Assembly: GCA_964016885.1 (NCBI GenBank)
Contig: OZ024743.1
Coordinates: 92,690,001 to 92,754,000 of the forward strand
Direction: 5' to 3'
Source: Eledone cirrhosa
Lineage: Eukaryota
DNA length: 64,000 bases
Under the pieces are notes generated by a model, which worked only from the letters and a program-made list of their open reading frames with translations, did no database searches and was not told the DNA's origin. Shown piece after piece: positions 50,841-63,901 of this stretch. The translations under genes and the position numbers were made by a program. Position 1 is the stretch's first letter. Each line of letters begins with the position of its first letter.

Positions 50841-51593
50841 TTAATTTTTTTTTTTTTTTTTTTCATTAATATCTTTACAGAGCTATTTATTTTTTTAGTT
50901 CGGTGACCGCTTAGGAAACCGAGCTGCTGTATACATTTCCATTTTTCTTTCTTTTAGTTTCTTTCTTTTGCAAGCTTCTCTCGCCAATGTCTGTTAGTTT
51001 CAAAATAATTAGGCACGCAAACTTTTTCCTTTCTTTCAACCCTACCCTTCGCATACACACCACTGCAAACGTCTTAAAAGCTACCGACTGCAAAAACAGA
51101 GTTTCTTGATAATTTCAGATATTTCAAACTTTTATTCCGTTCGCCTTCCGAAGTAGTGAGCCTGCTATATACTCTAGAAAATATTTATTGAACAGAGATT
51201 TGGCTGCTTTTTCTAGCAGGTAAAATTAGCACATTTCTTTAGAGCCGTTCGAATCGAACATTATCGACATCTGTAATAATTAATTCGGAATGGGTATCGT
51301 AGCTAGTTATTTGGCCAAGTTATATAAACAAAAAGACAACATAAGTTTTAAAGACAGCGATATCGACAGCTATGCGACACTCTCGTAGTTAATAACGTGT
51401 GTTAATTTAAAAGTTAGATGAGATTTATGTAAAATTTTATTAAGCAACCTAAATTGCTTGAAAATACTGTGTTATACGGTTGAAAGTAAGAAAAATGTTT
51501 AATAGAAAATTAAAATCTAAAAATTATCGTAAAAGAAAGGTGTTTAGTGAGTTGTTTTATACAATAAAACTATTAAATTCAGCATAAGCTTTC

Positions 51594-51713
51594 GTTTACG
51601 GCCATATCACGCTGACAACACTGGTTCTCTTACGATCACCGAAGTTAAGCAACGTCGAGCCTAGTTAGTACTTGGATGGTTGACCGCCTGGGAACCCTAT
51701 GTGCCGTAAGCGT
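51594..51713 (+). rRNA. 5S rRNA, class B (copy 53, variant D)
   Basis: As copy 29. Confidence 0.87.
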
Positions 51714-52471
51714 TTAATTTTTTTTTCATTAATATCTTTACAGAGCTATCTATTTTTTTAGTTCGGTGACCGCTTAGGAAACCGAGCTGCTGTATACATT
51801 TCCATTTTTCTTTCTTTTAGTTTCTTTCTTTTGCAAGCTTCTTTCTTTTGCAAGCTTCTCTCGCCAATGTCTGTTAGTTTCAAAATAATTAGGCACGCAA
51901 ACTTTTTCCTTTCTTTCAACCCTACCCTTCGCATACACACCACTGTAAACGTCTTAAAAGCTACCGACTGCAAAAACAGAGTTTCTTGATAATTTCAGAT
52001 ATTTCAAACTTTTATTTCTTTCGCCTTCCGAAGTAGTGAGCCTGCTATATACTCTAGAAAATATTTATTGAACAGAGATTTGGCTGCTTTTTCTAGCAGG
52101 TAAAATTAGCACATTTCTTTAGAGCCGTTCGAATCGAACACTATCGACATCTGTAATAATTAATTCGGAATGGGTATCGTAGCTAGTTATTTGGCCAAGT
52201 TATATAAACAAAAAGACAACATAAGTTTTAAAGACAGCAATATCGACAGCTATGCGACACTCTCGTAGTTAATAACGTGTGTTAATTTAAAAGTTAGATG
52301 AGATTTATGTAAAATTTTATTAAGCAACCTAAGTTGCTTGAAAATACTGTGTTATACGGTTGAAAGTAAGAAAAATGTTTAATAGAAAATTAAATATAAA
52401 ATTATCGTAAAAGAAAGGTGTTTAGTGAGTTGTTTTATACAATAAAACTATTAAATTCAGCATAAGCTTTC

Positions 52472-52591
52472 GTTTACGGCCATATCACGCTGAAAACACC
52501 GGTTCTCGTCCGATCACCGAAGTTAAGCAACGTCGAGCCTAGTTAGTACCTGGATGGGTGACCGCCTGGGAACCCTAGGTGCCGTAAGCGT
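52472..52591 (+). rRNA. 5S rRNA, class B (copy 54, variant K)
   Basis: A23/C79 haplotype. Confidence 0.95.
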
Positions 52592-53342
52592 TTAATTTTT
52601 TTTTTTTTTTTTTTCATGAATATCTTTACAGAGCTATTTATTTTCTTAGTTCGGTGACCGCTTAGGAAACCGAGCTATTGTATACATTTCCATTTTTTTT
52701 TCTTTTAGTTTCTTTCTTTTGCAAGCTTCTCTCGCCAATGTCTGTTAGTTTCAAAATAATTAGGCACGCAAACTTTTTCCTTTCTTTCAACCCTACCCTT
52801 CGCATACACACCACTGCAAACGTCTTAAAAGCTACCGACTGCAAAAACAGAGTCTCTTGATAATTTCAGATATTTCAAACTTTTATTTCGTTCGCCTTCC
52901 GAAGTAGTGAGCCTGCTATATACTCTAGAAAATATTTATTGAACAGAGATTTGGCTGCTTTTTCTAGCAGGTAAAATTAGCACATTTCTTTAGAGCCGTT
53001 CGAATCGAACATTATCGACATCTGTAATAATTAATTCGGAATGGGTATCGTAGCTAGTTATTTGGCCAAGTTATATAAACAAAAAGACAACATAAGTTTT
53101 AAAGACAGCAATATCGACAGCTATGCGACACTCTCGTAGTTAATAACGTGTGTTAATTTAAAAGTTAGATGAGATTTATGTAAAATTTTATTAAGCAACC
53201 TAAATTGCTTGAAAATACTGTGTTATACGGTTGAAAGTAAGAAAAATGTTTAATAGAAAATTAAATATAAAATTATCGTAAAAGAAAGGTGTTTAGTGAG
53301 TTGTTTTATACAATAAAACTATTAAATTCAGCATAAGCTTTC

Positions 53343-53462
53343 GTTTACGGCCATATCACGCTGAAAACACCGGTTCTCGTCCGATCACCGAAGTTAAGCA
53401 AAGTCGAGCCTAGTTAGTACCTGCATGGGTGACCGCCTGGGAACCCTAGGTGACGTAAGCGT
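53343..53462 (+). rRNA. 5S rRNA, class B (copy 55, variant E)
   Basis: As copy 30. Confidence 0.87.
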
Positions 53463-54215
53463 TTAATTTTTTTTTTTTTTTTTTTCATGAATATCTTTAC
53501 AGAGCTATTTATTTTCTTAGTTCGGTGACCGCTTAGGAAACCGAGCTGCTGTATACATTTCCATTTTTCTTTCTTTTAGTTTCTTTCTTTTGCAAGCTTC
53601 TCTCGCCAATGTCTGTTAGTTTCAAAATAATTAGGCACGCAAACTTTTTCCTTTCTTTCAACCCTACCCTTCGCATACACACCACTGCAAACGTCTTAAA
53701 AGCTACCGACTGCAAAAACAGAGTTTCTTGATAATTTCAGATATTTCAAACTTTTATTCCGTTCGCCTTCCGAAGTAGTGCGCCTGCTATATACTCTAGA
53801 AAATATTTATTGAACAGAGATTTGGCTGCTTTTTCTAGCAGGTAAAATTAGCACATTTCTTTAGAGCCGTTCGAATCGAACATTATCCACATCTGTAATA
53901 ATTAATTCGGAATGGGTATCGTAGCTAGTTATTTGGCCAAATTATATAAACAAAAAGACAACATAAGTTTTAAAGACAGCAATATCGACAGCTATGCGAC
54001 ACTCTCGTAGTTAATAACGTGTGTTAATTTAAAAGTTAGATGAGATTTATGTAAAATTTTATTAAGCAACCTAAATTGCTTGAAAATACTGTGTTATACG
54101 GTTGAAAGTAAGAAAAATGTTTAATAGAAAATTTAAATATAAAAATTATCGTAAAAGAAAGGTGTTTAGTGAGTTGTTTTATACAATAAAACTATTAAAT
54201 TCAGCATAAGCTTTC

Positions 54216-54335
54216 GTTTACGGCCATATGACGCTGACAACACCGGTTCTCGTCCGATCACCAAAGTTAAGCAACGTCGAGCCTAGTTAGTACTTGGATG
54301 GGTGACTGCCTGGGAACCCTAGGTGCCGTAAGCGT
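54216..54335 (+). rRNA. 5S rRNA, class B (copy 56, variant F)
   Basis: As copy 31. Confidence 0.88.
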
Positions 54336-55089
54336 TTAATTTTTTTTTTTTTTTTTTTTCATTAATATCTTTACAGAGCTATTTATTTTTTTAGTTCGGT
54401 GACCGCTTAGGAAACCGAGCTGCTGTATACATTTCCATTTTTCTTTCTTTTAGTTTCTTTCTTTTGCAAGCTTCTCTCGCCAATGTCTGTTAGTTTCAAA
54501 ATAATTAGGCACGCAAACTTTTTCCTTTCTTTCAACCCTACCCTTCGCATACACACCACTGCAAACGTCTTAAAAGCTACCGACTGCAAAAACAGAGTTT
54601 CTTGATAATTTCAGATATTTCAAACTTTTATTCCGTTCGCCTTCCGAAGTAGTGAGCCTGCTATATACTCTAGAAAATATTTATTGAACAGAGATTTGGC
54701 TGCTTTTTCTAGCAGGTAAAATTAGCACATTTCTTTAGAGCCGTTCGAATCGAACATTATCGACATCTGTAATAATTAATTCGGAATGGGTATCGTAGCT
54801 AGTTATTTGGCCAAGTTATATAAACAAAAAGACAACATAAGTTTTAAAGACAGCGATATCGACAGCTATGCGACACTCTCGTAGTTAATAACGTGTGTTA
54901 ATTTAAAAGTTAGATGAGATTTATGTAAAATTTTATTAAGCAACCTAAATTGCTTGAAAATACTGTGTTATACGGTTGAAAGTAAGAAAAATGTTTAATA
55001 GAAAATTAAAATCTAAAAATTATCGTAAAAGAAAGGTGTTTAGTGAGTTGTTTTATACAATAAAACTATTAAATTCAGGATATTCTTTC

Positions 55090-55209
55090 GTTTACGGCCA
55101 TATCACGCTGACAACACCGGTTCTCGTCCGATCACCGAAGTTAAGCAACGTCGAGCCTAGTTAGTACTTGGATGGGTGACCGCCTGGGAACCCTAGGTGC
55201 CGTAAGCGT
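55090..55209 (+). rRNA. 5S rRNA, class B (copy 57, variant G)
   Basis: Consensus gene. Confidence 0.96.
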
Positions 55210-55946
55210 TTAATTTTTTTTTTTTTTTTCATTAATATCTTTACAGAGCTATTTATTTTTTTTAGTTCGGTGACCGCTTAGGAAACCGAGCTGCTGTATA
55301 CATTTCCATTTTTCTTTTTTTTGCAAGCTTCTCTCGCCAATGTCTGTTAGTTTCAAAATAATTAGGCACGCAAACTTTTTCCTTTCTTTCAACCCTACCC
55401 TTCGCATACACACCACTGCAAACGTCTTAAAAGCTACCGACTGCAAAAACAGAGTTTCTTGATAATTTCAGATATTTCAAACTTTTATTCCGTTCGCCTT
55501 CCGAAGTAGTGCGCCTGCTATATACTCTAGAAAATATTTATTGAACAGAGATTTGGCTGCTTTTTCTAGCAGGTAAAATTAGCACATTTCTTTAGAGCCG
55601 TTCGAATCGAACATTATCCACATCTGTAATAATTAATTCGGAATGGGTATCGTAGCTAGTTATTTGGCCAAATTATATAAACAAAAAGACAACATAAGTT
55701 TTAAAGACAGCAATATCGACAGCTATGCGACACTCTCGTAGTTAATAACGTGTGTTAATTTAAAAGTTAGATGAGATTTATGTAAAATTTTATTAAGCAA
55801 CCTAAATTGCTTGAAAATACTGTGTTATACGGTTGAAAGTAAGAAAAATGTTTAATAGAAAATTTAAATATAAAAATTATCGTAAAAGAAAGGTGTTTAG
55901 TGAGTTGTTTTATACAATAAAACTATTAAATTCAGCATAAGCTTTC

Positions 55947-56066
55947 GTTTACGGCCATATGACGCTGACAACACCGGTTCTCGTCCGATCACCAAAGTTA
56001 AGCAACGTCGAGCCTAGTTAGTACTTGGATGGGTGACTGCCTGGGAACCCTAGGTGCCGTAAGCGT
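55947..56066 (+). rRNA. 5S rRNA, class B (copy 58, variant F)
   Basis: As copy 31. Confidence 0.88.
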
Positions 56067-56820
56067 TTAATTTTTTTTTTTTTTTTTTTTCATTAATATC
56101 TTTACAGAGCTATTTATTTTTTTAGTTCGGTGACCGCTTAGGAAACCGAGCTGCTGTATACATTTCCATTTTTCTTTCTTTTAGTTTCTTTCTTTTGCAA
56201 GCTTCTCTCGCCAATGTCTGTTAGTTTCAAAATAATTAGGCACGCAAACTTTTTCCTTTCTTTCAACCCTACCCTTCGCATACACACCACTGCAAACGTC
56301 TTAAAAGCTACCGACTGCAAAAACAGAGTTTCTTGATAATTTCAGATATTTCAAACTTTTATTCCGTTCGCCTTCCGAAGTAGTGAGCCTGCTATATACT
56401 CTAGAAAATATTTATTGAACAGAGATTTGGCTGCTTTTTCTAGCAGGTAAAATTAGCACATTTCTTTAGAGCCGTTCGAATCGAACATTATCGACATCTG
56501 TAATAATTAATTCGGAATGGGTATCGTAGCTAGTTATTTGGCCAAGTTATATAAACAAAAAGACAACATAAGTTTTAAAGACAGCGATATCGACAGCTAT
56601 GCGACACTCTCGTAGTTAATAACGTGTGTTAATTTAAAAGTTAGATGAGATTTATGTAAAATTTTATTAAGCAACCTAAATTGCTTGAAAATACTGTGTT
56701 ATACGGTTGAAAGTAAGAAAAATGTTTAATAGAAAATTAAAATCTAAAAATTATCGTAAAAGAAAGGTGTTTAGTGAGTTGTTTTATACAATAAAACTAT
56801 TAAATTCAGGATATTCTTTC

Positions 56821-56940
56821 GTTTACGGCCATATCACGCTGACAACACCGGTTCTCGTCCGATCACCGAAGTTAAGCAACGTCGAGCCTAGTTAGTACTT
56901 GGATGGGTGACCGCCTGGGAACCCTAGGTGCCGTAAGCGT
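56821..56940 (+). rRNA. 5S rRNA, class B (copy 59, variant G)
   Basis: Consensus gene. Confidence 0.96.
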
Positions 56941-57677
56941 TTAATTTTTTTTTTTTTTTTCATTAATATCTTTACAGAGCTATTTATTTTTTTTAGTTCG
57001 GTGACCGCTTAGGAAACCGAGCTGCTGTATACATTTCCATTTTTCTTTTTTTTGCAAGCTTCTCTCGCCAATGTCTGTTAGTTTCAAAATAATTAGGCAC
57101 GCAAACTTTTTCCTTTCTTTCAACCCTACCCTTCGCATACACACCACTGCAAACGTCTTAAAAGCTACCGACTGCAAAAACAGAGTTTCTTGATAATTTC
57201 AGATATTTCAAACTTTTATTCCGTTCGCCTTCCGAAGTAGTGAGCCTGCTATATACTCTAGAAAATATTTATTGAACAGAGATTTGGCTGCTTTTTCTAG
57301 CAGGTAAAATTAGCACATTTCTTTAGAGCCGTTCGAATCGAACATTATCCACATCTGTAATAATTTATTCGGAATGGGTATCGTAGCTAGTTATTTGGCC
57401 AAGTTATATAAACAAAAAGACAACATAAGTTTTAAAGACAGCAATATCGACAGCTATGCGACACTCTCGTAGTTAATAACGTGTGTTAATTTAAAAGTTA
57501 GATGAGATTTATGTAAAATTTTATTAAGCAACCTAAATTGCTTGAAAATACTATGTTATACGGTTGAAAGTAAGAAAAATGTTTAATAGAAAATTAAAAT
57601 ATAAAAATTATCGTAAAAGAAAGGTGTTTAGTGAGTTGTTTTATACAATAAAACTATTAAGTTCAGCATAAGCTTTC

Positions 57678-57797
57678 GTTTACGGCCATATCACGCTGAC
57701 AACACCGGTTCTCGTCCGATTACCGAAGTTAAGCAACGTCGAACCTAGTTAGTACTTGGATGGGTGACCGCCTGGGAACCCTAGGTGCCGTAAGCGT
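57678..57797 (+). rRNA. 5S rRNA, class B (copy 60, variant H)
   Basis: As copy 33. Confidence 0.91.
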
Positions 57798-58553
57798 TTA
57801 ATTTTTTTTTTTTTTTTTTTTTCCATTAATATCTTTACAGAGCTATTTATTTTTTTAGTTCGGTGACCGCTTAGGAAACCGAGCTGCTGTATACATTTCC
57901 ATTTTTCTTTCTTTTAGTTTCTTTCTTTTGCAAGCTTCTCTCGCCAATGTCTGTTAGTTTCAAAATAATTAGGCACGCAAACTTTTTCATTTCTTTCAAC
58001 CCTACCCTTCGCATACACACCACTGCAAACGTCTTAAAAGCTACCGACTGCAAAAACAGAGTTTCTTGATAATTTCAGATATTTCAAACTTTTATTCCGT
58101 TCGCCTTCCGAAGTAGTGAGCCTGCTATATACTCTAGAAAATATTTATTGAACAGAGATTTGGCTGCTTTTTCTAGCAGGTAAAATTAGCACATTTCTTT
58201 AGAGCCGTTCGAATCGAACATTATCCACATCTGTAATAATTAATTCGGAATGGGTATCGTAGCTAGTTATTTGGCCAAGTTATATAAACAAAAAGACAAC
58301 ATAAGTTTTAAAGACAGCAATATCGACAGCTATGCGACACTCTCGTAGTTAATAACGTGTGTTAATTTAAAAGTTAGGTGAGATTTATGTAAAATTTTAT
58401 TAAGCAACCTAAATTGCTTGAAAATACTGTGTTATACGGTTGAAAGTAAGAAAAATGTTTAATAGAAAATTAAAATATAAAAATTATCGTAAAAGAAAGG
58501 TGTTTAGTGAGTTGTTTTATACAATAAAACTATTAAATTCAGCATAAGCTTTC

Positions 58554-58673
58554 GTTTACGGCCATATCACGCTGACAACACCGGTTCTCGTCCGATCACC
58601 GAAGTTAAGCAACGTCGAGCCTAGTTAGTACTTGGATGGGTGACCGCCTGGGAACCCTAGGTGCCGTAAGCGT
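58554..58673 (+). rRNA. 5S rRNA, class B (copy 61, Q)
   Basis: Consensus gene. Confidence 0.96.
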
Positions 58674-59428
58674 TTAATTTTTTTTTTTTTTTTTTTTCAT
58701 TAATATCTTTACAGAGCTATTTATTTTTTTCAGTTCGGTGACCGCTTAGGAAACCGAGCTGCTGTATACATTTCCATTTTTCTTTCTTTTAGTTTCTTTC
58801 TTTTGCAAGCTTCTCTCGCAAATGTCTGTTAGTTTCAAAATAATTAGGCACGCAAACTTTTTCCTTTCTTTCAACCCTACCCTTCGCATACACACCACTG
58901 CAAACGTCTTAAAAGCTACCGACTGCAAAAACAGAGTTTCTTGATAATTTCAGATATTTCAAACTTTTATTCCGTTCGCCTTCCGAAGTAGTGAGCCTGC
59001 TATATACTCTAGAAAATATTTATTGAACTGAGATTTGGCTGCTTTTTCTAGCAGGTAAAATTAGCACATTACTTTAGAGCCGTTCGAATCGAACATTATC
59101 CACATCTGTAATAATTAATTCGGAATGGGTATCGTAGCTTGTTATTTGGCCAAGTTATATAAATAAAAAGACACCATAAGTTTTAAAGACAGCGATATCG
59201 ACAGCTATGCGACACTCTCGTAGTTAATAACGTGTGTTAATTTAAAAGTTAGATGAGATTTATGTAAAATTTTATTAAGCAACCTAAATTGCTTGAAAAT
59301 ACTGTGTTATACGGTTGAAAGTAAGAAAAATGTTTAATAGAAAATTAAAATATAAAAATTATCGTAAAAGAAAGGTGTTTAGTGAGTTGTTTTATACAAT
59401 AAAACTATTAAATTCAGCATAAGCTTTC

Positions 59429-59548
59429 GTTTACGGCCATATCACGCTGACAACACCGGTTCTCGTCCGATCACCGAAGTTAAGCAACGTCGAGCCTAGT
59501 TAGTACTTGGATGGGTGACCGCCTGGGAACCCTAGGTGCCGTAAGCGT
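59429..59548 (+). rRNA. 5S rRNA, class B (copy 62, R)
   Basis: Consensus gene. Confidence 0.96.
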
Positions 59549-60300
59549 TTAATTTTTTTTTTTTTTTTTTCATTAATATCTTTACAGAGCTATTTATTTT
59601 TTTAGTTCGGTGACCGCTTAGGAAACCGAGCTGCTGTATACATTTCCATTTTTCTTTCTTTTAGTTTCTTTCTTTTGCAAGCTTCTCTCGCCAATGTCTG
59701 TTAGTTTCAAAATAATTAGGCACGCAAACTATTTCCTTTCTTTCAACCCTACCCTTCGCATACACACCACTGCAAACGTCTTAAAACCTACCGACTGCAA
59801 AAACAGAGTTTCTTGATAATTTCAGATATTTCAAACTTTTATTCCGTTCGCCTTCCGAAGTAGTAAGCCTGCTATATACTCTAGAAAATATTTATTGAAC
59901 AGAGATTTGGCTGCTTTTTCTAGCAGGTAAAATTAGCACATTTCTTTAGAGCCGTTCGAATCGAACATTATCCACATCTGTAATAATTAATTCGGAATGG
60001 GTATCGTAGCTAGTTATTTGGCCAAGTTATATAAACAAAAAGACAACATAAGTTTTAAAGACAGCAATATCGACAGCTATGCGACACTCTCGTAGTTAAT
60101 AACGTGTGTTAATTTAAAAGTTAGGTGAGATTTATGTAAAATTTTATTAAGCAACCTAAATTGCTTGAAAATACTGTGTTATACGGTTGAAAGTAAGAAA
60201 AATGTTTAATAGAAAATTAAAATATAAAAATTATCGTAAAAGAAAGGTGTTTAGTGAGTTGTTTTATACAATAAAACTATTAAATTCAGCATAAGCTTTC

Positions 60301-60420
60301 GTTTACGGCCATATGACGCTGACAACACCGGTTCTCGTCCGATCACCAAAGTTAAGCAACGTCGAGCCTAGTTAGTACTTGGATGGGTGACTGCCTGGGA
60401 ACCCTAGGTGACGTAAGCGT
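60301..60420 (+). rRNA. 5S rRNA, class B (copy 63, variant F plus C111A)
   Basis: F variants plus the E-type C111A. Confidence 0.87.
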
Positions 60421-61173
60421 TTAATTTTTTTTTTTTTTTTTTTCATTAATATCTTTACAGAGCTATTTATTTTTTTAGTTCGGTGACCGCTTAGGAAACC
60501 GAGCTGCTGTATACATTTCCATTTTTCTTTCTTTTAGTTTCTTTCTTTTGCAAGCTTCTCTCGCCAATGTCTGTTAGTTTCAAAATAATTAGGCACGCAA
60601 ACTTTTTCCTTTCTTTCAACCCTACCCTTCGCATACACACCACTGCAAACGTCTTAAAAGCTACCGACTGCAAAAACAGAGTTTCTTGATAATTTCAGAT
60701 ATTTCAAACTTTTATTCCGTTCGCCTTCCGAAGTAGTGAGCCTGCTATATACTCTAGAAAATATTTATTGAACAGAGATTTGGCTGCTTTTTCTAGCAGG
60801 TAAAATTAGCACATTTCTTTAGAGCCGTTCGAATCGAACATTATCGACATCTGTAATAATTAATTCGGAATGGGTATCGTAGCTAGTTATTTGGCCAAGT
60901 TATATAAACAAAAAGACAACATAAGTTTTAAAGACAGCGATATCGACAGCTATGCGACACTCTCGTAGTTAATAACGTGTGTTAATTTAAAAGTTAGATG
61001 AGATTTATGTAAAATTTTATTAAGCAACCTAAATTGCTTGAAAATACTGTGTTATACGGTTGAAAGTAAGAAAAATGTTTAATAGAAAATTAAAATCTAA
61101 AAATTATCGTAAAAGAAAGGTGTTTAGTGAGTTGTTTTATACAATAAAACTATTAAATTCATGATATTCTTTC

Positions 61174-61293
61174 GTTTACGGCCATATCACGCTGACAACA
61201 CCGGTTCTCGTCCGATCACCGAAGTTAAGCAACGTCGAGCCTAGTTAGTACTTGGATGGGTGACCGCCTGGGAACCCTAGGTGCCGTAAGCGT
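61174..61293 (+). rRNA. 5S rRNA, class B (copy 64, variant G)
   Basis: Consensus gene. Confidence 0.96.
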
Positions 61294-62030
61294 TTAATTT
61301 TTTTTTTTTTTTTCATTAATATCTTTACAGAGCTATTTATTTTTTTTAGTTCGGTGACCGCTTAGGAAACCGAGCTGCTGTATACATTTCCATTTTTCTT
61401 TTTTTTGCAAGCTTCTCTCGCCAATGTCTGTTAGTTTCAAAATAATTAGGCACGCAAACTTTTTCCTTTCTTTCAACCCTACCCTTCGCATACACACCAC
61501 TGCAAACGTCTTAAAAGCTACCGACTGCAAAAACAGAGTTTCTTGATAATTTCAGATATTTCAAACTTTTATTCCGTTCGCCTTCCGAAGTAGTGAGCCT
61601 GCTATATACTCTAGAAAATATTTATTGAACAGAGATTTGGCTGCTTTTTCTAGCAGGTAAAATTAGCACATTTCTTTAGAGCCGTTCGAATCGAACATTA
61701 TCCACATCTGTAATAATTTATTCGGAATGGGTATCGTAGCTAGTTATTTGGCCAAGTTATATAAACAAAAAGACAACATAAGTTTTAAAGACAGCAATAT
61801 CGACAGCTATGCGACACTCTCGTAGTTAATAACGTGTGTTAATTTAAAAGTTAGATGAGATTTATGTAAAATTTTATTAAGCAACCTAAATTGCTTGAAA
61901 ATACTATGTTATACGGTTGAAAGTAAGAAAAATGTTTAATAGAAAATTAAAATATAAAAATTATCGTAAAAGAAAGGTGTTTAGTGAGTTGTTTTATACA
62001 ATAAAACTATTAAGTTCAGCATAAGCTTTC

Positions 62031-62150
62031 GTTTACGGCCATATCACGCTGACAACACCGGTTCTCGTCCGATTACCGAAGTTAAGCAACGTCGAACCTA
62101 GTTAGTACTTGGATGGGTGACCGCCTGGGAACCCTAGGTGCCGTAAGCGT
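62031..62150 (+). rRNA. 5S rRNA, class B (copy 65, variant H)
   Basis: As copy 33. Confidence 0.91.
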
Positions 62151-62906
62151 TTAATTTTTTTTTTTTTTTTTTTTTCCATTAATATCTTTACAGAGCTATT
62201 TATTTTTTTAGTTCGGTGACCGCTTAGGAAACCGAGCTGCTGTATACATTTCCATTTTTCTTTCTTTTAGTTTCTTTCTTTTGCAAGCTTCTCTCGCCAA
62301 TGTCTGTTAGTTTCAAAATAATTAGGCACGCAAACTTTTTCATTTCTTTCAACCCTACCCTTCGCATACACACCACTGCAAACGTCTTAAAAGCTACCGA
62401 CTGCAAAAACAGAGTTTCTTGATAATTTCAGATATTTCAAACTTTTATTCCGTTCGCCTTCCGAAGTAGTGAGCCTGCTATATACTCTAGAAAATATTTA
62501 TTGAACAGAGATTTGGCTGCTTTTTCTAGCAGGTAAAATTAGCACATTTCTTTAGAGCCGTTCGAATCGAACATTATCCACATCTGTAATAATTAATTCG
62601 GAATGGGTATCGTAGCTAGTTATTTGGCCAAGTTATATAAACAAAAAGACAACATAAGTTTTAAAGACAGCAATATCGACAGCTATGCGACACTCTCGTA
62701 GTTAATAACGTGTGTTAATTTAAAAGTTAGGTGAGATTTATGTAAAATTTTATTAAGCAACCTAAATTGCTTGAAAATACTGTGTTATACGGTTGAAAGT
62801 AAGAAAAATGTTTAATAGAAAATTAAAATATAAAAATTATCGTAAAAGAAAGGTGTTTAGTGAGTTGTTTTATACAATAAAACTATTAAATTCAGCATAA
62901 GCTTTC

Positions 62907-63026
62907 GTTTACGGCCATATCACGCTGACAACACCGGTTCTCGTCCGATCACCGAAGTTAAGCAACGTCGAGCCTAGTTAGTACTTGGATGGGTGACCGC
63001 CTGGGAACCCTAGGTGCCGTAAGCGT
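62907..63026 (+). rRNA. 5S rRNA, class B (copy 66, Q)
   Basis: Consensus gene. Confidence 0.96.
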
Positions 63027-63781
63027 TTAATTTTTTTTTTTTTTTTTTTTCATTAATATCTTTACAGAGCTATTTATTTTTTTCAGTTCGGTGACCGCTT
63101 AGGAAACCGAGCTGCTGTATACATTTCCATTTTTCTTTCTTTTAGTTTCTTTCTTTTGCAAGCTTCTCTCGCAAATGTCTGTTAGTTTCAAAATAATTAG
63201 GCACGCAAACTTTTTCCTTTCTTTCAACCCTACCCTTCGCATACACACCACTGCAAACGTCTTAAAAGCTACCGACTGCAAAAACAGAGTTTCTTGATAA
63301 TTTCAGATATTTCAAACTTTTATTCCGTTCGCCTTCCGAAGTAGTGAGCCTGCTATATACTCTAGAAAATATTTATTGAACTGAGATTTGGCTGCTTTTT
63401 CTAGCAGGTAAAATTAGCACATTACTTTAGAGCCGTTCGAATCGAACATTATCCACATCTGTAATAATTAATTCGGAATGGGTATCGTAGCTTGTTATTT
63501 GGCCAAGTTATATAAATAAAAAGACACCATAAGTTTTAAAGACAGCGATATCGACAGCTATGCGACACTCTCGTAGTTAATAACGTGTGTTAATTTAAAA
63601 GTTAGATGAGATTTATGTAAAATTTTATTAAGCAACCTAAATTGCTTGAAAATACTGTGTTATACGGTTGAAAGTAAGAAAAATGTTTAATAGAAAATTA
63701 AAATATAAAAATTATCGTAAAAGAAAGGTGTTTAGTGAGTTGTTTTATACAATAAAACTATTAAATTCAGCATAAGCTTTC

Positions 63782-63901
63782 GTTTACGGCCATATCACGC
63801 TGACAACACCGGTTCTCGTCCGATCACCGAAGTTAAGCAACGTCGAGCCTAGTTAGTACTTGGATGGGTGACCGCCTGGGAACCCTAGGTGCCGTAAGCG
63901 T
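63782..63901 (+). rRNA. 5S rRNA, class B (copy 67)
   Basis: Consensus gene; spacer truncated by the window end. Confidence 0.96.

Noticed and set aside
463-63281. Recurrent 60-116 aa ORFs (MQSVA..., MYTFP..., MKVRK...)
   Set aside because: They mostly use non-ATG starts, translate low-complexity pyrimidine tracts or the 5S gene itself, and are freely frameshifted or broken between units. They recur only because the DNA repeats.
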